From contig CDMY01000086.1 in the NCBI GenBank assembly GCA_001179505.1, forward strand, positions 131,520 through 195,519: a stretch of 64,000 nucleotides of DNA, given 5' to 3'. Below are positions 48,601-59,460 of the stretch, in pieces. The notes under the pieces were generated by a model. The model did not search any database and was not told the origin of the DNA. It saw nothing but the letters and a program-made list of their open reading frames with translations. How positions within the stretch are numbered: position 1 is the first letter of the stretch; the number at the start of each line of letters is the position of its first letter. The DNA comes from Vitrella brassicaformis CCMP3155 (taxonomy: Eukaryota; Protista; Chromerida). Made by a program: the position numbers and the translations under genes.

Positions 48601-48838
48601 GGGCGGCACCAACATAGACCATGATGCCAAGGAGGGGACGGACAGCCACCAGCCACAGACAGCAGCGGCACCAGCAGCAGCAGCAGCGGCAGCTGATGGT
48701 GGTGGTGGTGGCGATGGGGGCGGCATGTGTGATGGGGATGGTGAGGGGATGGAGACGGCAGACGACCATGACAGCCACGGTGTGCCTGCAGAGCCGGCGG
48801 GGCCGCCCCCTGGGCTCTCGCAGGAGGGGAAGCAGTAG
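45324..48838 (+). CDS. Large hypothetical low-complexity protein with Cys motifs, NLS-like basic clusters and a small helical domain
   Basis: Long ORF 45718-47454 plus phase-compatible exons GEAGRNELKRRISQKLKEEPHWKAI|IPTGQIKLATITKLLEMAE|TLGLTGEVHRIYSRR, ending ..QEGKQ* at 48838. Confidence 0.6.
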
Positions 48839-49433
48839 GCGGGCCGACAAGCGTCTCTCATGTACAGACAGACAGACAGGTGCGGAGGGCGGATGGCACT
48901 GGGTGGGACGGTGTGGGTCACTGAGAGACCTCTTGTGTGTGTCCCTTTCTTTGTGCAGGTGTGTGTGGGAGGGGCAGACCAATCGTCTCTCTTGTCTCTG
49001 GGTGGAATGAATGAATGGCTGCTGCATGGTGGATGAATGGATGGATGAATGAATGAATGAATGAATGGATGGGTGGGTGGATGGATGGATGGATCAAGAA
49101 GGAGAGGAGTGCCGGTCTGTCTGGCTGTCTGGCTGGCTGTCTGTCCATACATGTGTGTGTGTGGATGTGTGTCTGTGTGGTGGCTGTTTGACATAGCGAG
49201 AGGTAGACAAGACTCACTCAGGCCACGCACCACAATGAATCCATTAGCAGCAAAAACGGAAAACACCAAACTGAGGGAATGTTTCTTGGCATGCTGTCGT
49301 GGCGATGCAAAACTTGCAGAGATGCCTTCGGGGCATGCAGCGTGTGTCGCTGGTTTGCTCCTTAGTTAAGCCTCGCTACTCAAGCAACGCAATAAGTTTG
49401 CTTGTCGAAAAGCCTTCGGCGACTCACGCCAGC

Positions 49434-49576
49434 AGGGTTCAGGGTTTGAAGGGTTTGAAACCCTGAGCCCCAGAGCCTGAAACCTGAAACCCTAACCCCG
49501 CCACAAACCCTGAACCCTGAAACCCTAACCCCGCCACAAACCCTGAACCGTGAAACCCTAACCCCGCCACAAACCC
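49434..49576. repeat. Interstitial telomere-like repeat array with an orientation switch; 33-bp higher-order unit x ~3
   Basis: cagggttcagggtttgaagggtttg followed by aaaccctga...aaaccctaa. The unit cctgaaaccctaaccccgccacaaaccctgaac recurs with cctaacc at 49491, 49524 and 49557. Confidence 0.85.
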
Positions 49577-49594
49577 ATTCGCTTTCACAGAAGC

Positions 49595-49615
49595 ATGAGC
49601 GACCAGCACGTCTGA
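49595..49615 (+). promoter_or_regulatory. Candidate uORF (MSDQHV*) 38 nt upstream of the transporter start
   Basis: ATG AGC GAC CAG CAC GTC TGA, immediately after an acceptor-like ttcgctttcacag (49578-49590). Main ATG at 49654. Confidence 0.45.
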
Positions 49616-49653
49616 TCTGAGTCGAGGTGGCTGATCCCTGATCGCTTTTTCAT

Positions 49654-51909
49654 ATGGCATCTTCGGCTGCTGCGGCGCTGAGCGTGCTGTCATGCATCAG
49701 TGCATTCCTGCTGAGTGGTTTGGTCTTCGGCTGGCAGCCCATCCAGCTGCTGCTCATGCGAGAGGTCCATCAATCGCACGCGGGCCTGCAGGCAGATCGA
49801 TGGCTCTGATCGATGACAGTGTGTTTCTGTGTGTGTGCTGTGTGTCGGTGGGGTGCGTGCAGGGCGTGTACGAAGACCTGTGCGACGAAGGCGTCATGGG
49901 CTGTCCAGCGCAGCTCAGAAAGTAAGAGCAGCGACGCAATCATCACTCAGACACCAAGGCCCTGCCGAGTGTTTTCGTTTCCTTTCAGGCTGTCGGAGAT
50001 CTTCACTCTGGCTTCCTTTCTTGTCAGCCTGATTGCCTTGCCGGCGGGTCTGTTTCTGGATCGGTTTGGTCCCAGGCCCACGGTGGCCCTCAGCGGTGTC
50101 CTCATCATCGGGGGGCTGGTCCTCTTCGGTATCAGCGACTCGCAGCTGGACATGTTTTCCCTTGGCTATGCGCTGATGGGCGTCGGTGGCGTGCTGACCC
50201 AGTTCGCGGCCTTTCCTGTCAGTTTCCTTATCCCCGCCTATCAGTCACTCATTCTCGCAGGTGAGATATAGGCTGACGGAGGCGCAGTGCAGTGCACTCA
50301 GCACAGACACATGCAATGCAGCGGAGGAATGGTGTGCTCCTTTCCTGGCTGATCCCAGGAATCAACTGTTGCTTCGATGCGTCGTGCCTGGTGAGAGATC
50401 TACTGACTATAGGATCCGTGGGCACACACACATTGCAAGCAGCCGCATCCGCTCTCTCCCTGTCGTATGCATGGATGCAGGTGTTCCAGGTCTTCTTGAG
50501 CCTGCACGAGTGGACGGGCCTTCCCCGGAGAGTCATGTTCTTGAGCTACAGCGTCATCGCCTTCGCCATCCTCGCCCCGATTATCGTGCTCTGGACGCTG
50601 GTCGACCGCGCCAAATCCAGCAGCACCAGCGGCGGCAAGCTCAAAGTGGAAGACGAGCTCAACGGCTATGTGGCGTTGGGCGACACTGAAGCGGTACTGC
50701 TGGCCTACGATGTGCAGCATGAGATGCAGCAGCTGCACTCGGCCAAGGATGAGGAAGACCTCTCCGGCATGACGCTATACCAACAGTGAGCAAAGCAGGG
50801 ATGGTAGTGAGATAGCGATGCGGTAGATGTCTTGTGTTGTCGATTCAGGTTTTGCAGCAGCGCGTTTTGGACGATTCTCGTTTACACGTGTCTGGGCATG
50901 CTGCGGACATCCCTCTACATCGCCTGTGTGGGCATAGTGCTCAACACATACGGCGATGCGGCGGGGGGCTACGTGTACATCAATCTCTTCGGCGTGCTGC
51001 TGCCCCTGGGCGTCTTCCTCGCTCCCGTCATCGGCTGGACTGTCGACTCCATCGGCTGTCTCAACACTCTTCAGCTGACTAATGCGCTGAGCGTTCTCAA
51101 CTATGGCCTCAGTCTCGTCCCCTCGCTGCAAGTGCAAGCCGCCAACTTCATCGTCTTCACCACTTACAGGGCTTTCTTGTACGCCATGACGGCCACATTC
51201 AACGCGAAGGTGAGCGCCTGGGTGGCTGAGTGGCTGAGTGGCTGACGGACTGACCCTGGCTGCCTTTTTTGTTGTGATGTGCAGACGTTTGGTTTGGCGA
51301 CGATGGGGCGTGTGATGGGTGTGTGCAACTGTGTGTCGGCCTTCACGATCCTTATCCAGCCCTACTTCATCTCAATGATCTTCAGCACCTTCAATGGACA
51401 GATCTTCGTCCCCTTCATGACCATCGTCATGGCAGGGGTCGCACTCGCCCTCGTCAACGAGGCATACAGATGGCATGTGCGCAGGTCAGCCACTCAGCCA
51501 GCAAGCCACTCACAAACAATTCATGGACATCCGACGTTGACACGTCTGTCTCTCCATTCCTTCGTTCAGTAAGCGACGCGGTCTGCGGGCGGCATCGCCG
51601 GGCGACAATCCTGTGTCGCTGGTGGCGCCGAGCCACATGGGAGTCGACGAGAGTGCCCTGCACCCACCACACGATGAGATGCTCGGATACCTTGGCAGAT
51701 TCACGTGCAAGCGCACATCGAGCGGCTTCGACGAAGTGCCGTGGCACGACGGCGCCATGTCGATTGAGAGGCGGCTGAGCGTCACCTCCCCGATGGCACA
51801 CTCGGTGAGGGCGAGGGGGCGGGGCAGCGAAGACTACACGTCTGACGTGGCTGTGAGGAGCGATGGGGAGACGGCAATGAGCACTGCTGCCAACACTGTG
51901 GTGATGTAG
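49654..51909 (+). CDS. MFS transporter, SLC43/LAT3 (FMP42/ApiAT-related) amino-acid transporter family
   Basis: SGLVFGWQPIQLLLMRE|GVYEDLC, IFTLASFLVSLIALPAGLFLDRFGPR, FWTILVY, FTTYRAFLYA..FNAK|TFGLATMGRVMG. About 12 TM segments; TAG at 51907-51909. Confidence 0.85.
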
Positions 51910-52796
51910 ACGGCCAGGCAGGCAGGCAGGCGTGTGTATTGGCGTATGTCTTGATCGTGTGGGCGTTGAGTGTGGGTGGGCGGTTGGGTGTGAGGTGATT
52001 TTTGCACACACATGTGGATGTGTGGATGGATGGATGGATACGACGCACAGGAGGTACTTTTTACTTCGCTGTGTCCGGCGTTATGTATCATTCATGCAGT
52101 TTATTCAGTCAGTGTGTGTGGTAGTGTCGGTGTTTCTTTCTTCGTGGCTGTGGCTGTGGCTGGAGGATGGCCATCCATCTGTCGTGTAGGTGTGCTAAGG
52201 ACAGCACTCGTTTGTTGATTGACTCTTTATGGGCAATCAATGTACGTACATGGTGTGCAGGGGTGGGTGGCCATTGTGTGGGGCAGCGCGGCGATGAGTG
52301 AGCCACTCATTCGGTCAGTGGCTGATGGATAAACATGGATTCATTGTCATGGGTGTCCTCAGTGAGTCTCTGGCCTTGCGAAGAGTGAACGATACGTTCC
52401 GGCCATCGCACGCAAACACTAGACAAAGAGTTGCACCTACCTACCCTTCCATCCATTGACACACCATTCCATTCCATTCGATCACGAATGCATCGGCGCA
52501 TCCATCCATCTGCAGATGGATGGGTGCACAGAGGGTCTGTATACAACAGAGAGAGAAAGAGTTCCCTTCCTTCTCTTGTCCCATCACAGAAGCTACAGCG
52601 GCAGCGTCTACTCAAGAGCTCATGCAGCCCCCTTCACGCACCCTCATCATTTCTACATTCAGCCGCATCCACCCGTTTGTCTTGCCTCTCTCCCTTGGTG
52701 TTGTTTTCTCTCCAGCTACTGCTTTGCTCTACGCTACTCCCGCGGTGGCGGGTTACTTCTGTACAGAACGAGCCGATGTACGACGAACATAGCGGT

Positions 52797-53410
52797 CTAA
52801 CGCTGGCGGGATGCGAGGCTGATCTTTCTCTTCTCTCCATCCTGCTCGAACTGGAGCTCGAAGAGGTCTGGGCTGTTGTACTGCTTCCAGAGGTCTTCAA
52901 CCACTGTCTGTCGGACAGGCACTTGGGGGGGCCTTAGCGTCCTCCTTGATGTGTTGATGGCGGACACGAGCTCATTCCTGCAGGCCAGGGCCTCCCAAAA
53001 GACCCGCAGAATCGCGCCGATGCTGGCGCCATCTCGCGTACCGATCGTGAACGTTTAAGGTGCACACACCAGAGTCAAGACACATTGCGTCATGGCACGC
53101 TGTTGCTGTGGATATCGTGCCGTCCTCGTCATCTCACCATCTGTACTGGCTTCGCACCCCGCTTCTTCTCCCGGCCCCTCTGTGTTGCAGCACTCACCAC
53201 AAATGCCGGCCCTATCCTCTTGCGTTTGGTGACCGAAACACCGAGTCGGCTGGTCCCTACTCTTGACGCAATGTCCTTCAGGATACCCTGCGCGATTCTG
53301 TGTACCTCATCTGGCGGATGGCGCTCGGTTGTCGTGTCGTCCGCTCGCAGCTCGACAGTCACATGAAGCGGTATTACCGGAAAGTGCGAGTGAGGCGGCT
53401 CATAGGCCAT
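52797..53410 (-). CDS. Hypothetical protein (2 or more exons)
   Basis: MAYEPPHSHFPVIPLHVTVELRADD..DEVHRIAQGILKDIASRVG and ..AILRVFWEALACRNELVSAINT..VVEDLWKQYNSPDLFELQFEQDGEKRKISLASRQR*. The splice junction is not resolved. Confidence 0.45.
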
Positions 53411-53424
53411 TTTGTTGGTTAATA

Positions 53425-53472
53425 AGACTCGTGTCTGTAGCCCATTTCGAGACTCGTGTCTGTAGCCCATTT
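53425..53472. repeat. 25-bp-period direct repeat in a short intergenic region
   Basis: agactcgtgtctgtagcccattt at 53425 and 53450. Confidence 0.8.
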
Positions 53473-53605
53473 TGTATCCAAGCTGGCTCCATCTTCTGCC
53501 AATCTTCTTCCTCCAGTGCCAGGTGCCGTCCATACCTCAGTCATATGTCAATGAATGAAACGCATAAAGGCAGGCAGGCAGGCAGGCTAGGCGTCCCTCA
53601 CGCAC

Positions 53606-54763
53606 TCACTGCTGCTTACAGCTGTCGGGATCCCCCGTGTGGTCCCTCGGCTGCCTTGCTGCCGCACCCTCACCCCCACTGTGCACGTACCCGCCGCCCT
53701 CCGCCCCTTCATGTGCCTCACTGGCGGCATCCTCGTTGACACCCAGCGCCTCTATGAGGCTCTGCACCTCGCTGTCGTGCACGTCGCCCTGCGCCAGCTT
53801 GCTCAGCACCGACGGCGTCAGCCGGCTGCTCTCCAAAGCTGAGCCGTCAAACCCAAAGAACCGTAGGAACTCCGCAAACCCCCGGGCATCTTCCTCTGTG
53901 AAGTTTGAAGGCTGGCTGCTGTGTGTGGATGGCCTGTGCGCCGCTGTAGGGTGCGGCTGGTGTGGGTGCGGGTGAGAGAGGTGGTCGAGAGCACCTGGCC
54001 CGCCGAGGTCTCGCATCACCTCCTCAGGTGGCTTGCCGAACTCCTGCAGCTGCACCAGCAGCTCCTGGATCCTCAGAGTCGTGGGCGAGGGGTCGGTCGA
54101 TGAAGCTCCCGTGGTGCTGGTGGCCTTGCTCTCCTGTTCCTCCTGGTCGAAGAGGGCCACCACCTGCCGATAGATGGACACCTGCCGCTCGTAACGCCCC
54201 AGGTCCTCCTCAGATATCACTTGGTCGTCCGACCCGCCCTCGTCCCTCTTTTGCCTCTGGGCATCCAGCCATGGCTCGAATCGCGACAAGACCTGCCGCA
54301 TGGGCTCATGCAGCACATCACGCGAGAATACGCCCTCCAGCAGCTCGTCCAATGCCTTCTCGAAATCGCCATCATTCAGCAGCCCGCCCCCCGACAGTGG
54401 CACGTCTGCTGCCGACTCTGGCCTCCTCTCCTCCTTGTCGAGCTGCTCCAGCTCCGCCTTCATGTGACCGAGCGCCGACTCGATGTTGGCAGCGATGCCG
54501 CTGCTGGCGGTATTACCGCTGCTGGGTGGGGGATCAGCACGCGGTGGCCGGTAGGGTGAGGAGGGGGCTGGCGACGTGCGGGCTGCTGACTCGTTGACGC
54601 GTGGCGGTGGTGTGGCAGCTGCGGGAGGGGGGGAAGAGGGGGAAGGTGGCTGCTTGGGAGGTGCGCTTGACGCCGATGCGGCTGAAGGTGGTGCATCTTG
54701 CTGCGGCCTTGGCTGTGCTGCGTCCGAGAGTTCCTCGAGGGTCTCCTTCAGAAGGTCATCCAT
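53606..54763 (-). CDS. PEX19: Peroxin 19 (peroxisomal membrane protein chaperone/import receptor), apparently intronless
   Basis: N-terminal MDDLLKETLEEL. Core LDELLEGVFSRDVLHEPMRQVLSRFEPWL..EEDLGRYERQ..IQELLVQLQEFGKPPEEVM. C-terminal CaaX CKQQ*. Confidence 0.9.
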   Translation of the reverse strand: MDDLLKETLEELSDAAQPRPQQDAPPSAASASSAPPKQPPSPSSPPPAAATPPPRVNESAARTSPAPSSPYRPPRADPPPSSGNTASSGIAANIESALGHMKAELEQLDKEERRPESAADVPLSGGGLLNDGDFEKALDELLEGVFSRDVLHEPMRQVLSRFEPWLDAQRQKRDEGGSDDQVISEEDLGRYERQVSIYRQVVALFDQEEQESKATSTTGASSTDPSPTTLRIQELLVQLQEFGKPPEEVMRDLGGPGALDHLSHPHPHQPHPTAAHRPSTHSSQPSNFTEEDARGFAEFLRFFGFDGSALESSRLTPSVLSKLAQGDVHDSEVQSLIEALGVNEDAASEAHEGAEGGGYVHSGGEGAAARQPRDHTGDPDSCKQQ

Positions 54764-54907
54764 GACGATGCAGACGACACCGTAGCGCAGCAATGATCAA
54801 AACCTTCCGCTCGTGCCTTCGTGGAAGGCGAGCCAAGGAGAGGCTGCGAGCTCAAATTGCAGATCTGCCGGATCTACGCAGGCCATGCGAGGGCCTGGCG
54901 AGGGGAG

Positions 54908-57900
54908 ATGACGCAGGTCTTTCCTTGGCTGATTCTATTTTTCTCACTCAACATCTCAGCAGCTTTCAGGACAACAAGACACGGTGCCTTTCGCCACATG
55001 GAGGCGGCATTCACCCCGCCGCACAGCAGCGTCGTGTGCGGGAACATGCGGCCAACAAGATCCTCTGCTGCACTGCGTGCAAAGCGCCAGGGTGGACCCG
55101 CACCTGTGGAGCACAAGAGGCGGAGCGGGCAGAAGGGGGGCAACAAGCCGCAGACCAGTGCATCTCGGGCCAAGGAGGAGACTGGGGTGTTCACTTCTGA
55201 CGAAATGCGCGATTTGAAAGACCTCCAGGCATGCAACGAGAGCACAGTGCGCAGGAGGCCGGACGGGATGATTGGTTCCGTTCTGTGTGTGTCCTGACTG
55301 CTTCAGGGTTCTCCCTCTCTGTGGGAAGCGACCCTTGAGGCGCGCAAGCAGTACCCACAGGTCGGCATGCACGGCACAAGACACTGTTAATGATCAAAGT
55401 CAGACCGTATGTGCGGTTGGTTTGTTGATCCATCAGCTGCCGCGTGAGGCAGCATTGCGCGAGTACCTCAAGGCAAGCAGGCCCACACAGCCGCCACAGG
55501 CACACGACGAAGTACCCGCCGTAACGCCCGTCAAGCGGCGAAGGAGAACCCCCAAGACACAGCAGCCCAGGCCGCTTCCTGCAGCAGCTGCAGCCACCAA
55601 CCAGACGGCGGACCATTTGCATCTGCCGCTTGCTGCAAGGGAGAGGCCATCTGTAGCGGCTGGTGCTGTGGCAGCTGGCGAGCCCCCCGTGTCATCCTCA
55701 CGTAATGGCAGCGATGTCTATCAGCAGCTCAATGTAGCTGACGGGTCGGTGTACATCCCGGGGCTCTCAGCACCCGACGGACAGGTACTGTCGAACACTC
55801 ACAGACAATGCCATCCGTCTATCGTCCTGTCGACCATCCTCTCCCCCTTTGCGTGTGTGCGTGCAGGTGCCGTCGAGCACATCGTTATCCTGGGCGAGAG
55901 CCCCAGCGTCTGCCGGCAGCGGGGCCGCTGCTCTCCCCGTCCTTCGTCAACAGATTCCATCCTCCCCCCTGGCCCCTCCCATCAACACCACATGGGAGGC
56001 GGGCGCCACGCTGGCCACCATAATGGCACAGGGGTTCAAGACCATCACTGGGGGCGGCGACTTCGCCCGCCTCTACGCTTCCCTCGCCAACCTGCGGGCA
56101 CTCACGAAAGAACAGACGCCGGTAGGAAGCCGCTCTGCCCACACACATGCAAAGATCCATGTGTGTGCATCCGTGTGTGTCCTCGGTGTTCTCATGCAGA
56201 TGTATGGCCGCTACGCGGATCTGAGGGGCCTGGTGGTCCGTCTCAATCAGACGGTCCGTGACCGCAAGGTCCGCTACTCGCGGGAGGCCCTCGAGCGCCG
56301 ACTGGCTTCCATCACATTGCCTGGCCTGAACGACGACTATGGCAGCAGCCTTGTAGGCCAGGAAGACCACAGCCAGAACCCGCTGGCCGCCGTGTCTGAG
56401 TGGCTGGAGGCCCTGCTGCGGCAGGAGGGGCCTACTGGGGCTGTCGAAGCCAACGTGACGCGGGCACTGCGTCTGCTGAATCGGCTGACGCCCCCTGAGC
56501 CGTCGGTGGGCGAGGCGGAACTGGTGCTGGAGGCCCTCGACGACATCACACACGCCGACAACGTCACGGTCCTCCGGGCCATGGCGGCACACTGGGGCAT
56601 TGACAGTGGCGAGAGGGACGTGTGGGAGCTGATTGGTGACCCGCAGTTGAGATCCCGTCTGTGCGCCCCCCTCACGCCAGGCACACGGGACATTATCTCG
56701 GTCGTGGCGGACACACTGCAGCAGCTGGAGCCGGCGAGGGGGCTTGTCATCCCCCCTGAGATGGGCGACAACATGACGGAGAGCGAGGCGCTGCGGCTGG
56801 TGACTGAGGGCGGTACCTACACCGACACGTCTGGCCGCACCATCACCCTCAAGCCACTGCGGGACCTCAGCAGCAAGAGGCGGCGGCAGCGGCTGCTGCG
56901 CTATGGCCTCACGCACACACACGTAGAGGCGCGTGACGCCGATGACAGCACTGCGGAAGAGCTGGACAGTGACAGTGACGAGGAGATTGACAACAGCAGC
57001 AGCTCGGATGAGACGACAGCGAGGCGACGGGCGTCACCGCAAGAGGCCCGCGCCATGGACAGATACATTCGGTGAGAGGGCGAGCGCTCACACGCCCCAC
57101 AGGTCTGTCAGATGACGGATATTTGCTTGTGTGTGTGTGTGTCAGGCTGGCCACGGTTGTTGACTTCCTGCACCCCCTGCTGATGCAGTGGATCGCCGAG
57201 ACCGCCGCCTCCATCAGTGCCGATGGCGCCACACACGGCAACTTGCGCAACAGGAGTTTCCGAAGGTCACTCGAGAAGGCCCTGCAGCAGCGACAGGGCG
57301 GCCGGCTGGCCGACTACCTCAAGGTCATCGAACGAGGGGGCCAGGAGGCCATCGACCGATTCCTCCAGTGAGCATGCAGAGAGACAGCACAGACAGACAC
57401 GCAGCAGCACACGACGCAGGCCAGATTAGATACGCAGTTTTTCGTGTTGGCTGCAGGGATGGGTTGAAGACCCTATTCTACCAAGTGAACCGGATCGTCC
57501 GTGTGAGCGGCCCCCTTGACACAGATGCTATCACACGGAGGGGCGAACTGCTCATGGTGGGTGGGTGAGGTGACTGACCTGACTGACACCCACATTGCTC
57601 TCTGCATGCTTCTGTCTGATCTGATTGTCTGTCTGTCTGTCTGTGTGCAGGAGGGATACGTGTTGCTGCAGCACATGGTTCGGGAGTACTCGTACCGTCA
57701 GGTGTGGACCTTCCAGTCCTACCTCGGCCTCCGCATGTTCGAGCGCCGCATCGTCGAGATGGGCTTCAACCTCTCACGCAAAATGATCCACGTCAGGGTA
57801 CGGATTTCTATGGGTGTGAGGGAGTGGGGGGAGAGACGCCTCTGCCTGCCTGCCTGCCACTGCAAACAAAGTGACCTGGTACGGTGTGCCCGTGTCTGTC

Positions 57901-59005
57901 TGTTGTGCTGTGTGCAGTCTGGTGAGAGCCGGCGCATCAACGCCCTCTACGGCAAGATGGTCGAATACGAAGCACAGGTCAGTCAAGCCGGGCACAGGCA
58001 CTCACAGCAGAGGCAGCCAGTAAGCCGTGTATGTGTGTTGGTCGGTTGGTCGATTCGTTCAGTTTGGCCGCCCGCCGATGGCCGACGAGTTGGCATCGTT
58101 GCTGGGGTGGTCGGTGGCCGAGGTCAACCGGGTCACGCAACTCAGACACAGACTCAAAAATGTAACCACAGACCACAGGCACAGACATACACCACACCCA
58201 GCCCGCCCTTAGATGGCACCTCGCGTCTCTGTCTGTCTGTCTGTCTGTCTGTCTGTCATGTGTGTGTGTGCAGATGCAGTCCCTTGAGGAGAAGAGCAGC
58301 ATGTTTGGTGGCGGGGATGACGGCATCGGCGCCCCCGGCCCCACAGGCAGCTCAATCGACGTCGTGCCTGACGCACGGCTGGGCGAGTCTCAAGACGACC
58401 TGCACCACAGCGACAAACACAAGGACGCCGCAAGCGCCATGAGAGAGAGCTTCCGGCGTGCTGCCGAGCAGCAGGAGTACAGGCGGCTGCTGTCAGAGTG
58501 GCGGGTGGCATTTGCTGATGTCATGGACACGGCACAGATGGCCGACCCACTCAGCCGCGAGGCCATCGCGGCATACCTCTCCCACTCTGCAGCCACCGAC
58601 AAACAGAAAGAGGTCAGTGAGCCGCCTGAAACCTCTCTTGTCTATCTGAGTGTGTGTGTGTGTGTGTCTGTGTGTGTATAGGTGCTGGAGCGCCATTACG
58701 GTCTGGGTGGCTCTCAGCGGCCGATGACGATATCAGAGATCGCCCGTCTGTTTGGACGGCACCACGCCGCCATCCAGAAGCACATCAAGAAGGGCACCGA
58801 CGCCATACTCGACTTCGTCCTGCACCGACAGCCGTCCTTCTTCGCCTTTGTGGACGAGAGCGCCCTGCATGGTCCGGACGGCCATGTGGATGACATCGGG
58901 GCGTCGGTCATCTACAACGCGCATGTCAGGAGGGCGTCGCTGCTGGTCCAAGAGACCAATGAGACAAAGCTGAGAGACCAGCAGAGGGCTGTGGTGCTGA
59001 CCTGA
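54908..59005 (+). CDS. Nucleus-encoded, plastid-targeted sigma-70-family transcription initiation factor (divergent), multi-exon
   Basis: Signal peptide MTQVFPWLILFFSLNISA|AF plus R/S/T-rich transit-like segment. Region 2-like ELLM|EGYVLLQHMVREYSYRQVWTFQSYL..SRKMIHVR; region 3 AQ|FGRPPMADELASLLGWSVAEVNRV..QSLEE; region 4 DKQKE|VLERHYGLGGSQRPMTISEIARLFGRHHAAIQKHIKKG. Confidence 0.8.
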
Positions 59006-59460
59006 GTGACGGGCCAGGTTGTGTCAGTGCATTGGTTGTGGGTGCATTGTGCCACGCAATGCAATGCGTTTGTCGTATGCATGCGCGTCAGTCAGGCCTT
59101 TTGTTTGTACAGAGTCAGCGGACGGAAGGGACGTACGGACGAGGAGCTAGCCATGTGGGTGTATCATGAACAGACGGATGGATGGACGCAGTTTGGCCGA
59201 TTGCGGCATGTGCATTGAGATAGTGCACCGTGTCAATAACATGATAGTCACACAAGGGGCGCACACAAAGAAGAAAGCGAGACGCGAAGGTAAGCTGGCG
59301 GGACGGAAAAATCTTGACCTAACCGTTCGGCCCTCACGAGTCTAGAATCGGGGGTAGATTCGATGCACAGCTTTATTCGATCCCCACTTTAGGAGCAATC
59401 ATCCCGTGTCTCTTCCTTTACGCAGCAAACACAGATTCATTCATTCATTCAGTCAGTAAG

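Noticed and set aside
49484-49576. 33-bp repeats as a CRISPR array
   Set aside because: The units are directly adjacent with no spacers, consist of telomere-like heptamers, and there are no cas genes in this eukaryotic context.
49434-49576. A real chromosome end
   Set aside because: The array is short, degenerate and flanked on both sides by ordinary genes.
55885-56922. 345-aa minus-strand ORF; likewise other long antisense ORFs such as 53962-54597 (+), 43178-43711 (+) and 19761-20186 (+)
   Set aside because: These are GC-rich shadow frames opposite well-supported exons, with no recognisable motifs.
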